Positions 38,667-50,890 of a stretch of DNA of 64,000 nucleotides are shown in pieces (within the stretch, counting starts at the first letter, position 1; the number at the start of each line of letters is the position of its first letter). Origin of the DNA: Mobula birostris (lineage: Eukaryota); NCBI RefSeq assembly GCF_030028105.1, contig NC_092379.1:24917821-24981820 (forward strand). Reading direction: 5' to 3'. A program made the position numbers and the translations under genes. Below the pieces are notes generated by a model. That model had not been told where the DNA came from. It saw only the letters and a list, made by a program, of their open reading frames with translations, and made no database searches.

Positions 38667-39473
38667 ATCAACACACATCAAAGTTGCTGGTGAACGCAGC
38701 AGGTCAGGCAGCATCTCTAGGAAGTGGTACAGTCGACCTTTCAGGCCGGGACCCTTCGTCAGGGCTAACTGAAGAAAGCGCTAGTAAGAGATTTGAAAGT
38801 GGGAGGGGGAGGGACAGATCCAAAATGATAGGAGAAGACGGGGAGGGGGGAGGGGGGGACGGAGCTTAGAGCTGGACAGGGGTTTGGCGAAAGGGATATA
38901 AGAGGATCATGGGACAGAAGGTCCAGGGAGAAGGAAAAGAGCGGAGGGGGGAACCCAGAGGATGGGCAAGGGGTATAGTGAGAAGGACAGACGGAGAAAA
39001 AAAAGATTAAAAAAAGAATGTGTGTATATAAATAAATATATAACGGATGGGGCCCCACCTCCTCCTCGTACCCCATCCGTTATTTATATACACACATTCT
39101 TTCTCTCACTCTCTTTTATTCCCCCTCTGTCCCTCTGACTATACCCCTTGCCCATCCTCTGGGTTCCCCCCTCCCCCTTTTTCCTTCTGCATGGACCTCC
39201 CGTCCCATGATCCTCTCATATCCCTTTTGCCAATCACCTGTCCAGCTCTTGGCTCCATCCCTCTCCGTCCTGTCTTCTCCTATCATTTTGGATCTCCCCC
39301 TCCCCCTCCCATTTTCAAATCTCTTACTAACTCTTCCTTCAGTTAGTCCTGACGAAGGGTCCCGGCCTGAAAGGTCGACTGTACCTCTTCCTAAAAATGC
39401 TGCCTGCCCTGCTGCGTTCACCAGCAACCTTGATGTGTGTTGCTTGAATTTCCAGCATCTGCAGAATCCTCAT
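38667..39473. mobile_element. Foldback Penelope-type pseudo-LTR insertion with 11-bp TSD
   Basis: Inverted arms 38669-39052 and 39071-39442 with an 18-nt loop, flanked by GTTATAGTTTC at 38656-38666 and 39474-39484. Confidence 0.85.
39345..39380 (+). ncRNA. Minimal type I hammerhead ribozyme-like motif
   Basis: AGTC-CTGACGA-AGG(gtcccgg)CCT-GAAA-G-GTC^-GACT. Stem I is AGTC/GACT, the core boxes are intact and the triplet is GUC. A mirror copy lies on the minus strand at 38731-38766 with one stem I mismatch. Confidence 0.6.
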
Positions 39474-41862
39474 GTTATAGTTTCGGCAAAAGAGTGTCTG
39501 TAGCAGGGCGTCATGCATGACTTCAGTAATCCCCTGGCACCTTTACCTCGTCACGCTGAAGTGTTCCAGCCTTGTTCTGAGCGACTGATAGTTGAATGAC
39601 ACCGAAACGTGGATAATAGTTTTGCTTACAACCTGTCTGTCGTTCAGCTGCCTCATTCTCCCAATTCAACACTTCTCGTCTGCCTAGCTCGATCTGTTCA
39701 TCATCACATCATTCCATCCCTCGGTTTAACAACGATCTATGACCCTGTCTCTAATATGTTTGTTGTTGTGTTTTTTTTTCCCGTGATTTCTATACTTCAT
39801 ATCGACACTAATCGGTACATTCTTTCACTCAGTGGCAGATGCTGCTCAACCGGTCGATGGTCTTGAGCGGCATTTTCCGATGTAGATGCGTGTTGAGGCA
39901 ATGACGCATTTATAATACTGAATTTAAATACAAAAAAAAGCAAACATGTGCAGATTTTGCATTAGTAGCCGATGTCCATCAAACACAAGATTATTAAATT
40001 GCTAACTTGCAATTTGGTTTATTATTTTCACACTACTGAACACACTGACAGACGTGTTTTACATGCTCACCATACTAATCATTTGATCACATAATTACAT
40101 GACGTAGAACTTTGAAGAATCAATAATAAAAAAAAATCTAACAATATTAGATTTGGAAATCGAAGAGCAATGAGATACTAACCGGCGAAACCATAAGGTG
40201 GTGGACTGTGAGGTCAAGTAATAAACTAATCGTGTAAAGTGTATCGTTAAAATAGCTGGACACTATCAGTCTCTCAGCCTTGTGCTAAGTGCTTTAAGGC
40301 TGATATATTTTATAACAGATAGAATGCGGGGCGGGTGTAGTGAGAACGTTTCGATGCCAGCTGTCCTTGATTAATCTTCCCTGCTGCTCCGATGTTGCGA
40401 GAACTGTAGACCGAATCTATGAAGGCAAGGCTAGTCCTTGTGTTTCTGCCGGGCGTGGATACTGCAGTTGATATACCAAACATCAAACCATCCAGATACA
40501 ATGTTTTCCTTGCTGCATCATTAGACATTAACAGGCATCAATGAGTACCTGCCGATTTTTTTTTTTTTTTTTTTTTATCCTCCTTGTGCAACAGGAGCAC
40601 TGCTTGTTTTTCTCCGCATAGCGTCAACAAATTTGAAAACAATCAGGACATAGATTAAACTTACGTCCAGGAACTTGGAACACTCAATCCTGTCAATCGT
40701 CACGACAGTTGGGATAATCATAAACATATACAAAATCGCCAAACTATATTCCTGAAGGCAATGGCCGGCTGCATTGCTATGTTAACATTAAAGTAAAGGC
40801 TTTTAAAATGTCAACATAACTTTAGTCTCTCAAACTCATTTAAGCAATCCGACTCCTTGTTGTTTGTGTTGTGGCTGGCTACGCAGGGGCCATCTACAAG
40901 TATTTGTAAATGATACAGCAGGGTATGGCCATGGAATCGTGGGTCTAGGGTGAATAAGTTGGGAGGGGTGATCTGAGGACGTAGCTTTCTGGCGCACTAA
41001 TCGTGAATGACTTGTTCCTGCTTGTTAGATCGCCATCCGTTTTTCAGAAAAAAAAATGATCAAGCTATAAAAGATAATATTGAGTTCCTTGTCCAAGAGT
41101 GTTTAACTGGAATCATGGGATTGAATGCGTAGTTGTGGTTAATAACCTATAGTTTAACGCAGGGGGATTTTTTTTTTTTTTTTTTAATGTGGAATGCTCC
41201 AGAAAGATGGCGTCTGTCATGCATCTGTTGCAGAGTTAGGTAGGTATACAGTCTCCCACAATAATCTAGATGAGGATCTGTTCCCTGCTTAGTGACACCC
41301 ATTTACATTAACTGGGAAATTACTGAATTAATTCAGTCGTGGTAACGATATATCATTCCTGTATTTAACGTTTTAATTTTCCAGGTTTTTAATCCAGGAA
41401 ACGACACTTGAAATTCGAATGTCCTGTGGATTTCTCTGATTAAATGAAGAACCACATCTCTAATGTCTGATAATTTAAACCCCTGTTAATGTTATCAGTG
41501 TTCCTTTTGTATTTACTCGACCTGCTGGCGTCGTTTGGAGCTGGAAACCGTTCAATGCCATTTACGGCACTCTACGCTGTCACCCTCGAAATTCACCAAC
41601 TAACTACTGCCTTCACTTTTGAATCGATCCCTTCTTGTGCTGGTGTTGTTTTGCGGGTCAAGGATGGTGCATGTCTTGTCAGAGCAGTCGAAATTTGAAA
41701 TTTACTTCACTTCTCTTTTGCTTCGTGAAGCAGGCACTGATCGGAAGTTCATATGGTTTCTCTTTCACCTGCCTGTGAAAGGCTGCAAAAGTTCTACCTG
41801 CCGAGTTAACACCTGGATCTGCGATGCCCTACGAGCACACACGAAATAGGATAATAAAGACA

Positions 41863-41901
41863 GTTTTTTGTGCTAGAATTCAATTGTTTTAATTCGCCGT
41901 G
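41863..41901 (-). promoter_or_regulatory. 23-RSS of TCR delta-type V
   Basis: CACGGCG (41901-41895), exactly 23 nt, then ACAAAAAAC (41871-41863). Confidence 0.88.
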
Positions 41902-42211
41902 AGGCTCAGGGCGCAATAATACACCGCAGTGTCTTTAATCTGGAGACCCCAGATAGTTAAGCTGAAGAGTGAAGTATCTGTCTGGAGATCTGCAGAGAAA
42001 CGTTTTTGCAACAGCTCTCCTCTCATTTCCTGTGAGTTCCAAGAACGTCTCAACACAATAAACTGCAGTTTGCCCTGTGCTGATCGTCTGTACCAATGCA
42101 AATCATAGTTGAGGCTTGTGGTACTGTAGACACAGTTTATTGTCACCATTTCACCAGATCCTTTTTTCTCTAAAGTATGTTTTTGAGTTACAGAAACGGC
42201 GGATATCTGAC
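41902..42211 (-). CDS. TCR delta (alpha/delta)-type V exon, intact
   Basis: tttcag acceptor, then (G)QISAVSVTQKHTLEKKGSGEMVTINCVYSTTSLNYDLHWYRRSAQGKLQFIVLRRSWNSQEMRGELLQKRFSADLQTDTSLFSLTIWGLQIKDTAVYYCALS. C23, W41 and C104 are all present. Confidence 0.9.
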
Positions 42212-42537
42212 CTGAAAGTGGTTCAGCGTAAAAAGAAAAGCATAGCCGTTATTAGACGATGCTAGCGAACAACTATTAAGTTTTTAATATTTTTTACCAT
42301 AAAATCTGATATATCTAACCATGTTGAAGAACCTTGTGAACTACGTGACGCTTTGTATGGAAAAGAACAACAGCTTACATTAAAAATTGCAAATCATTTA
42401 TTCTTGCAGGGTTTCCTGAAATGCCTTTGTGATCAAACGTTTCTGTGAAACAAGTCGAGACCGCGACAGCCCCTAAACAACTTTTTTTTTTTTTTTTTTT
42501 TTTAGGAATAAGGGATTCGAAGCCAGTGTATGGCAGC

Positions 42538-42819
42538 TTTATTTATTTTAGTTTATTGACATACAACGGAGATGATGCCCTTCCGCCCTTCGAGGCACGC
42601 AGCCGAGCAATCGCCACATTTATCCCGCCAAATCTCAGGAAAATATACTCAACGACCAGTTAACCTACTAATCGGTATTTGGGGATAAACCGCGGCTACT
42701 GGACAAAACACACACTATCACGGTGAGAGCGTAGCAATCCTTAAGGCAGCTGAGGGAATTCAGCCCTTGTCGTCTGTACTGTAAAGTGTTGTGTGAACCA
42801 TTACTTTACCGTGGCACCC
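42538..42819 (-). mobile_element. tRNA-derived SINE (HE1/V-SINE-like)
   Basis: GGTGCCACGGT...A/B-box-like head, central domain and TAAA-rich tail on the minus strand. Confidence 0.65.
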
Positions 42820-45800
42820 TAACTAAACTGGTGTATGTATGTGTTGAGAGCATATTTACTGATGTTGCTGATTTTACCTGCACTATACTGTGAAGGAAGA
42901 TAGGGCTCGTCAGCCGTGTTCAGCTACTCATCGAAACAATAGTGAAAGTCTGATTTTGCACAGCCGCTGCTTTGCGGCTATACCGACTCACGTGGATTTT
43001 CCCCGCCAGTAAACTCGGACGGAAAATGGGCACTTCGAGTTCTAACACAGTATGATGTTGAGTTGAGTGCTGATTCCCAGCTACTGCGACGCCACTTCTG
43101 CCTAAATCATCGGTCTGTGCTGTTCCTCTGGATTGATTATCCGCCCGAAGAGGCGGTGTCACCTGCATGAGCAAAAGGGTGCTCCTGCTATTGTGCCATA
43201 TTGGCTTGCGTAGCCACTTGGACCGATATGATACAACATTCTTGTGCGACTCTGACAAACGGAGGGCCTGAACAGCGTACATGTGTGGAGAACTTACAGC
43301 AAAGAAAAAAAAAACCCTTCAAAAGCAAGGCTCAAGACTTCCTGGTCTCGCTTCTGAGTTGCACGGTAAAACAGTTTAAGGACAACAACAGTGCATTAAT
43401 CCAAGATTTAACAAGAATTAAGAATTGTTACACTTATGCACCGAACTAAATTGAATGATGTTAATTTCATTTATCATATGAATGTGCAAAGATACTCACG
43501 GAGCCAACATGCACAAAAGATGAAAATGAAGAGAAAGTCCATGTTTTTTTTCAGTGGTCAGATAGTTTAAGTTACGGGAGTCTGAAGGCTGGTATGTTTT
43601 GATAGTCCGTTTCTTAAAGATTCGCTGATTCGATTTTAGAAGAGTGACTAAGTTCCATCGCAACTATCTTCCAGATGCCCTCAATAGTTGGCAGGGGCCC
43701 TAAGCATTAGTGTTGATGCGAGCTACTGGAGGGAGCGATAGTTCAATTCTATGCTTTACTATTGGCTCATCGGATTCAATAATAAAGCCCCTCCTACAGG
43801 GATATAAGATACCTGTCATGTCCGGATGCAAGCAGTACTTAAATGCTGTGAGCCGTTCATTCGTCAATGCTTACACTATCATTTGTTCCACGATCGGGAG
43901 GGGTCACTAGATGTTTTTTTCTTTCTTTTATGTATTAATGGAAGTGGATTGGAGCGGAATCACCTTTTATATACGACTTAAAACCACGATAAGATTTCTT
44001 CCGAAGAAGAGTTCCACTGTGCCTGTCTCTCTTCCTGCTGCATGAGTTCTGAGCGTTTGTCTAAAAATGAGACAGTACAAGGAATAACAGAAAATGTGTA
44101 TTTCAGAGGAAGAATGTTTTCCTCTGTCACTCTTGGGGAGAAATAAAACAGCAATTTATTTTCCTAAGCCCAGGAACAACAAGGATTTGCAATTAATAAG
44201 TCGTCACACGGGTTAATGAAGCACGGACACATTTCAATGGAAGAACAGATGTGATGATAGCATGGATATTTATTTCATATTCCGGACATTATTTTAAGTC
44301 GTTAACCTGTTCTGTCTAGCAATAGGACTCTTAAAAACACTTGCGTTGATTATTCATGAAATTTGTTTAGTGTAAAATTTTGAAATTAGTCTGCTTACAA
44401 ATGACTGTCGGTGTTACTGAAATACAAACTTAGCCCCATGAGATTCGACGTGAGCCCGAAGTATAAAATTTGAATGAATTGTTTATCACCAGATCTTAGG
44501 TACTTCCATCTGCTCAAACTGATATTGTCATTATAGTTTTGCTGATGTCACTTAATATCATAAATACTTAATTGGAATCACATAAAGCCATTTTCAAGGG
44601 AGCTGGAATGCTAAAATTAACTAGTGATTGTCTCCTTCATATCATGGGCGGGATGTCGAAGTATAGCAAGCTGAGAAGCACAGCTTGACGGCACACGTTC
44701 ATCGATGAGGACCGTGGCCTGCAATTCTTCCGCACTGTGATCGGTATAGGGCAAATCAGGGCACATTCCAAATCGATGGAGTGCATTCAGTAGAATCTTC
44801 ATTGATACTGGTGTTGACACTTATGGCAACTGAATCAGACGGACATTGTAGTAGTACTCTTGGTGCAGCTAATGTGGTCTTAAATCAAAACAGTATCTAA
44901 TATCGGTCTACATAAGACTTTCAGCCTTCCTGTCATCGAAAAATTTACCTCTGCTTCACCCAATCCCACACACACCTCTTAAACAAACGATGTAAAAAAT
45001 CGCAAGGTACACGGGCCACCAAAGTGCTCCCTTCAGAACACCATTTGTCGTTGACTTCTAGTAAGACACTAATTCCTGATAGATCTATGACCTCCTCTGT
45101 CGTCTGAGGACAAGTAATTTTCAAAGCAGAGCATTCTGAATGCAATGCATGCCTCGTAACGTGCAGTCAAAGAGAAATTCACAAACGACGATGTAAAATA
45201 TGCATATATCAAATTTATCTCGCTCTTTTTCAGTTTTCTTTGTCACCTTCCTCACAAAAATAATTGGGCACTTAATACACGACCTTCTGCTGAGAAAATC
45301 ATGTTGAAAAGTCCCATAATACGAAACTTTTCCAGATGCTCTTAAATCCTATCCCTACGAAACCTCTTCATAGATTGTCCACTATTGACGAAATAGTCAT
45401 TGGACTATAAGTCCTATGATTACCCCTATTACCTATTTTGAGCATTGGAACAACATTTCATAGCTAAAATCCTCTGTTATGATTTTTGTAGCCAGGAAGG
45501 ACAAAACTATGATCATTAAAGTCGAAGATTTATTTTCCTTGATTTCCACAATATGATACGGGATATACTCTATCTTACGGTCGCTGCGACTTATCTATGC
45601 TAATATTTCCCAGAAGCGCCATCACTACACATTTGATAACGACGATACCTTCTAACACACTACACATATCGGCACCATCCTCATATTCTTCAAATCCACT
45701 TCCTTTACTCAATACTGAAACCAACATATTCATCGAAGTGATAACCTCATCTCTCTTCAGACGTATGTTTTCTCTTTATACGTAAAAGTTTCCACATTCA

Positions 45801-46552
45801 CTCTAGCCATCCTCTTTTTTCTTCACCGTCATGTACAGTGCCTTGTGGTTCCTTTGATCTTACTCTCCGTCTTTCCCGTGTGACTTTCTACCTCCCCTAG
45901 TTCCCACGTGGCTTCCTGTTATTTCTCAAGAGCCCTGTCGTAGTCTTGCTGCCTGAACTTTAACTGTTGTCCTTCTTTCCAGTCATCTGTGGTTTCTTCC
46001 CCCTACCATCGATTTTCCCCTCTCAGTAGTCGAAATCTAAGCTGAATGCATCCGTAAAAACCTCCACATTTCCGTTAAGTTGTTCTCACAATTTATCTGT
46101 CTAACTTTATGTATATAGCCATCTAATTTTGCACTTCTAGGTTTATACACTTCCCTACACTCCGCCTTTATCTGTTTCGATGCCGAGACTACAGTTTAAG
46201 AGTCGTGATCTTTATATTTGAAATGCGCTCTCAAGAATTGGACTGCCACATCATAGGGTTACTTGCCTAGGAATGATCCAGTAGTACTTCTGTAGTCGTC
46301 CCGTGAACTGAGATGATAGTGGGTTTATTGACTCAGAAGTTCAAAGCTCAAGCGAGGACGTAGACCCTTGTCGGATTGAAATAGCCACAAATACAGTAAC
46401 TAAAGGGAGATTGCCCAGTCAGCTAACAATTATTAAAGACTAGTTTCGCTCCTGTTTATTCTTCACGACGAGTTCAGATGCCAATACCCAGGATTTGAAC
46501 GCTAGTCCCACTCCCCCTCCCAAGGAGAAGATGATATTAACTACCACGTAGT

Positions 46553-47160
46553 TTAAAACACGAACACAAAATGCAGTTTGTACTCAATAGGACAGACAGC
46601 AACTATGAAAATCAGTACAGTGGACGTTGCGGACTGACTCCTTTCAGCATTACTGGAGAGAAAGAAAAAAGATGAGAGGTAGAGTTGAAGTGTGGTGGAA
46701 CCGTAAGGAGAAACACAAGGTGATAGTTGAAACCGGGAGGGTGATAGAGTGATTAGTAAAGAAACGAGATAAAAAGAGCTTAGATGAGAGAGGGAATAGG
46801 GGATGGGGAATGGTGAAGGTGGGGGCAGGTGGCCCACTACCGGAAGTACGAGAAGTGGATATTCATGCCATTAGCTTCAAGGCTACCCAATTGTAATATA
46901 TGGTGTTGTTTGTCCAGCCTGAGCGTGACTTCATAACGAAAGTGGAGGAGACCATGGATAGACATATTGGAATGGGAATGGGAAAAGTAATTATAATGCG
47001 CAGCCATTGGGAGATCCCGATTTTTCCAGCGACAAAGCATAGGTGCTTGGCGAAGCAGTGCTCTAATCTATGTTGGTTCTCACCGATAAACAGAAAGCCG
47101 TTCGGGAAAGGCACTGGACACAGTATATGACCCAGTAGACTAGCAGATATGTGTCGCCTC
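46553..47160 (-). mobile_element. Penelope-like element 3' part (GIY-YIG C-terminus)
   Basis: HSHSNMSIHGLLH..LRLDKQHHILQLGSL..NGMNIHFSYFR* followed by a pyrimidine-rich pseudo-LTR. Confidence 0.8.
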
Positions 47161-49696
47161 ACCACAAGCACTGTTTATGGGCCAAGAATGGTAGTGAGGA
47201 ATCAGGTATATGTGCAGGGTTAGCTATTGTTCCGCTTGCAAGGATAAGTCTCAAGAGGGAGATTTGTGGGTCGCCGAATGGACAATGAAATCGCGTAGGG
47301 AGCGATCCCTGTGGAAAACAGAGCGTGGAGGTGAAGAACATATAAGCTTTGTAGCGGGATCCTACACTATACCGATGACTGCATTGGTCGTCTTCATCCA
47401 CTTTGCCTCCAACTTTTACCCTGCCCTGAAAATCACCTGATCTATTTCCGACACGCACTCCCCTTTCTCAGTCTCTCTTTTCTGGAGAGAGTTTTTCTAC
47501 TGAAGTATATAAGAAACCCACAGACTCCCACAGTTACCTGGACTATAACACCTCCCTCCCAGTTACTTATAAAAAGCGTCATCCCCTTCTGTCAGTTCCT
47601 CCTTCACCAGCTCGTCTGCTCTCAGGATGAGGCTTTGCATTCCAGGACTGAGGAGATGTCCACCTTCTTCAAAGAAAGGGGCATCACTTCCTCCATCAAC
47701 AACGCTTCCCTAAACTGCATGTCTTCCGTTTCATATATTTATTCCTTCACCCAAATCTTCCTGCATCCTTCTGCCATCTTAGCATGGATAGGGTTTCTCG
47801 TCATCACCTACCAGGTTCATAATTCTCCTCATACTCCGCCATTTGCAATGTGATGCAGCCAGCAAACACATCTTTCCCCAACTCCTGCATTTGGCTTGGC
47901 GAATGGATCGCTCCCGATGTAATTCCATTGTCCATTCATCCCTCCCCACAAATCTCTCTCCTGCTTATGCTTGCGAATGTACCAACTGCTACACCTACCC
48001 ATACACCTCCTCCCTCACTGTCAGTTTGGGCTCAAACTGCCTTTGCAGGTGAGGATACAAAAAGCCAGTAAAGCTGCTGGGTTGATATGTCCATATAACC
48101 ATATAAGCATATAACAATTACAGCACGGAAACAGGCCATCTCGGCCATTCTAGTCCGTGCCGATCTCTTACTCTTATCTAGTCCCACCCACATGCACTGA
48201 GACCATAAGCCTTCATTCCTTTCCTGTCCATATTGGTGTCCAATTTAACTTTAAACGACAATATCGATCCTGCCTCAACCACTTCTGCTGGCAGCTCGTT
48301 CCACACAGTACCACTCTCTGAGTAAAGAAGTCACCCCTCATGTTACCCTAAAATTTTGCTCTTTAACTCTCACCTCATGTCCTCTTGTTTGAACCTACCC
48401 CACTCACAATGGGAAATGTCTATTAACGTCAACTCTATCCCACTCATAATTCTAAATACCTCTATCCAGTCCCCCCTCAACCTTCTACGTTCCAAAGAAT
48501 AAAGACCCAACTTATTCAACCTTTCTCGGTAACTTAGGTGATAAAATCCAGGTAATAATCTATTAAATCTTCTCTGTACTCTCTCTATTTTGTTGACAAC
48601 TTTCCTATAATTCGTTGACCAAAACTGTACACATTAGTCCAAATCTGGCTTCACCAATGCCTTGCACAACTTCAACATTACAATCCAACTCCTATACTTA
48701 ATGGTCTGATTTATAAAGGCCAGCATACTGAAAGCTTTCTTCACCACCGTATCCACATGAGATGCCACCTTCAGGGAACGATGCACCATTATTCCTAGAT
48801 CTCTCTGTTCTTCTGCATTCTTCAATATCCTACCATTTACCACTTAGGTCCTATTTTGATTAGTCCTATCAAAATATAGCACCACACATTTATCAGCATT
48901 AAACTCCATCTGCCATCTTTCAGCGCACACTTCTAACTGGCCCAAATATTTCTGCAAGCTTTGAAAACTTACTTCATTATCCACAACTCCACCTATCTTA
49001 GTATCATTTGCATACTTACTCATCCAATTTACCACCCCATCATCCAGATCATTAATGTATATGACAAATACATTGGACCCAGTACAGATCCCTGAGATAA
49101 TATACAGTGTGCATTCCTCTCACGGCGGCCTTCCGTATATCGGTGAGACCCAGCGGTAGACTGGGAAACCGCTTCGTCGAGCATCTACACACTGTCTGCC
49201 ATAAAAAGGGGAATCTCCCAGTGGCCATCCATTTAATTCCACTTCCTATTCATATTTCGATTTTTCTATCTATAGCTTCCTCAAAGGCCGTCTTGAGGCC
49301 GCACTCAGGTTTTAGGAATAACTCTTATTTGAAGCCAGCAACTTGATGGCATGAACAGAGATTTGTCGAAATTCTGGTTATGTATTCTGCCTCTCTTTGA
49401 ACATTCCCCATTCCTTTTGACCCTCACATTGCCATCTTGCTGTTCCTCCTCATCTTTTCTTGAGTTCTTGGGCTTCTGTCCTCTACAACAGACTTTCTTT
49501 TTTCCAGCCCTGTATCTCCTTCAGCAAACACCTCCCTAGCATCTTAACCCCGTGTTTAACGGTTTCACTTATCAACTTCTTTTTTTTTTTTTTTTTTTTT
49601 TTTCCGGACCTGTTCTCCCGCCTTTCAACTCAACAACTCATCTTTTCATTTTTTTCCAATCCCGCGGAAGGATCTCGACCAGTATGTCGACTATAC
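47160..49696 (+). mobile_element. Penelope-like element (RT end to GIY-YIG), split by a CR1 insertion
   Basis: YTDDC, HSYLDY and FHSRTEEMSTFFKERG motifs before 48080. The sequence resumes with YIGET...RFVEHL at 49130. Confidence 0.75.
48093..49095 (-). mobile_element. CR1 LINE 3' ~1 kb nested in Penelope
   Basis: KYANDTKIGG, WQMEFNADKC and QRDLGIMVH motifs, plus an (AACCATAT)-type tail. Confidence 0.85.
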
Positions 49697-50890
49697 CAGC
49701 GGTCCCCAACCACCGGTCCGCAGAGCATGCGCTACTGGGCCGAGAGGAAGAGATATCATTTGGTGATTTGAGTCAGCTGCACCTTACCTCATTCCCTGCC
49801 ACGGCCACTGATCAGCCATTGCGCATGCGAGGTCACGAGCCGCGCGTCATCCGTGTCAGGGCGGGAAGGTGATCAACTCCTCGAGCTTGCAAATGACGAC
49901 GGGCTGAAAAGTATGTTTGACATAACATCTCTGTCGGCATTTTGGAGCAAAGTCAAGGCTAAATATCTGGGATAGCCACGAAAGCACTGAAAACGTTGCT
50001 TCCATTTCCAACATTTTTCCGCGAAGCGGAGTTTTCTGCAATGAATGCAACGAAAACTAAACTGCAGAATAGACTGGACATCAGGAACCCCGTTCGAGTA
50101 TCGATGTCTCCCATCACCCCTCGATAGGACGGTGCTGTTGCAGGGAAACAAGCCCAGGGCTCCCACTGATTTAGCGATATTGGTGTGTTGCAATGATTTT
50201 ATATACTCATACGGGGAAAATATGTGCTGTGCGATTAATATCCAAATATTACTTAAAATGTTATGACGCTATTGACTTATAAGTGATCTATATAACCGTA
50301 TATCAATTATAGCATGGAAGCAGGCCATCTCGGCCCTTCTAGTCCGTGCCGAACGCTACTCCACCTGGTCCCGCCGACCTGCACTCAGCCCATATCCTTC
50401 CATTCCTTTCCTGTCCATATACCTATACAACTTGTCTTTAAATGTATCGAACCTGTTTCTGCCACTTCTACTGGAAGTTCGTTCAACACTCACTTCAAGG
50501 TCCCCTGATAATTGATTTATCATTATATCCATGCGAGGAAAATATGCGTTCTGTGTTTAATATTAAATTCGTTAGATAAACCCTTTTAGAAACAAAATTG
50601 TGTGTATTACCCACTTATCACCTATATTATGATAGCGATTAACACCCATCCCCACAAGCAGAATCGCCAAAAAGGATTTGCTTCGGGGGCGGGGGTGAAA
50701 GGGGGCGGGGCGGAAATCGCAGGTCACGACGCGCATGCGCATTGATGCTGCCGCAAGATTTCATGGTCATTGTAGTCTTTTGGGTAAACAACGTATTTGA
50801 CTGCTGCTCTTGTCCGTTGGCAACCATACCCGCCACCCACCGCCCCCGCGGTCGGCCGGTCCGCAGTGCAAAAAAGGTTGGGGACCCCTG
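49697..50890 (+). mobile_element. Non-autonomous hAT (Charlie/Buster-like) transposon
   Basis: TIRs CAG(C/G)GGTCCCCAACC and 8-bp TSD GACTATAC/GAATATAC. C-terminal remnant ATKALKTLLPFPT..EAEFSAMNATKTKL.NRLD..KQAQGSH*. A CR1 tail fragment lies inside at about 50290-50490. Confidence 0.85.

Noticed and set aside
40190-40260. GTTTATTAC..CCTCACAGTC resembling a Vdelta 3' end
   Set aside because: There is no Cys codon, no nonamer and no alignable upstream V.
44015-44739. Two CACTGTG heptamers
   Set aside because: No nonamers and no V coding ends.
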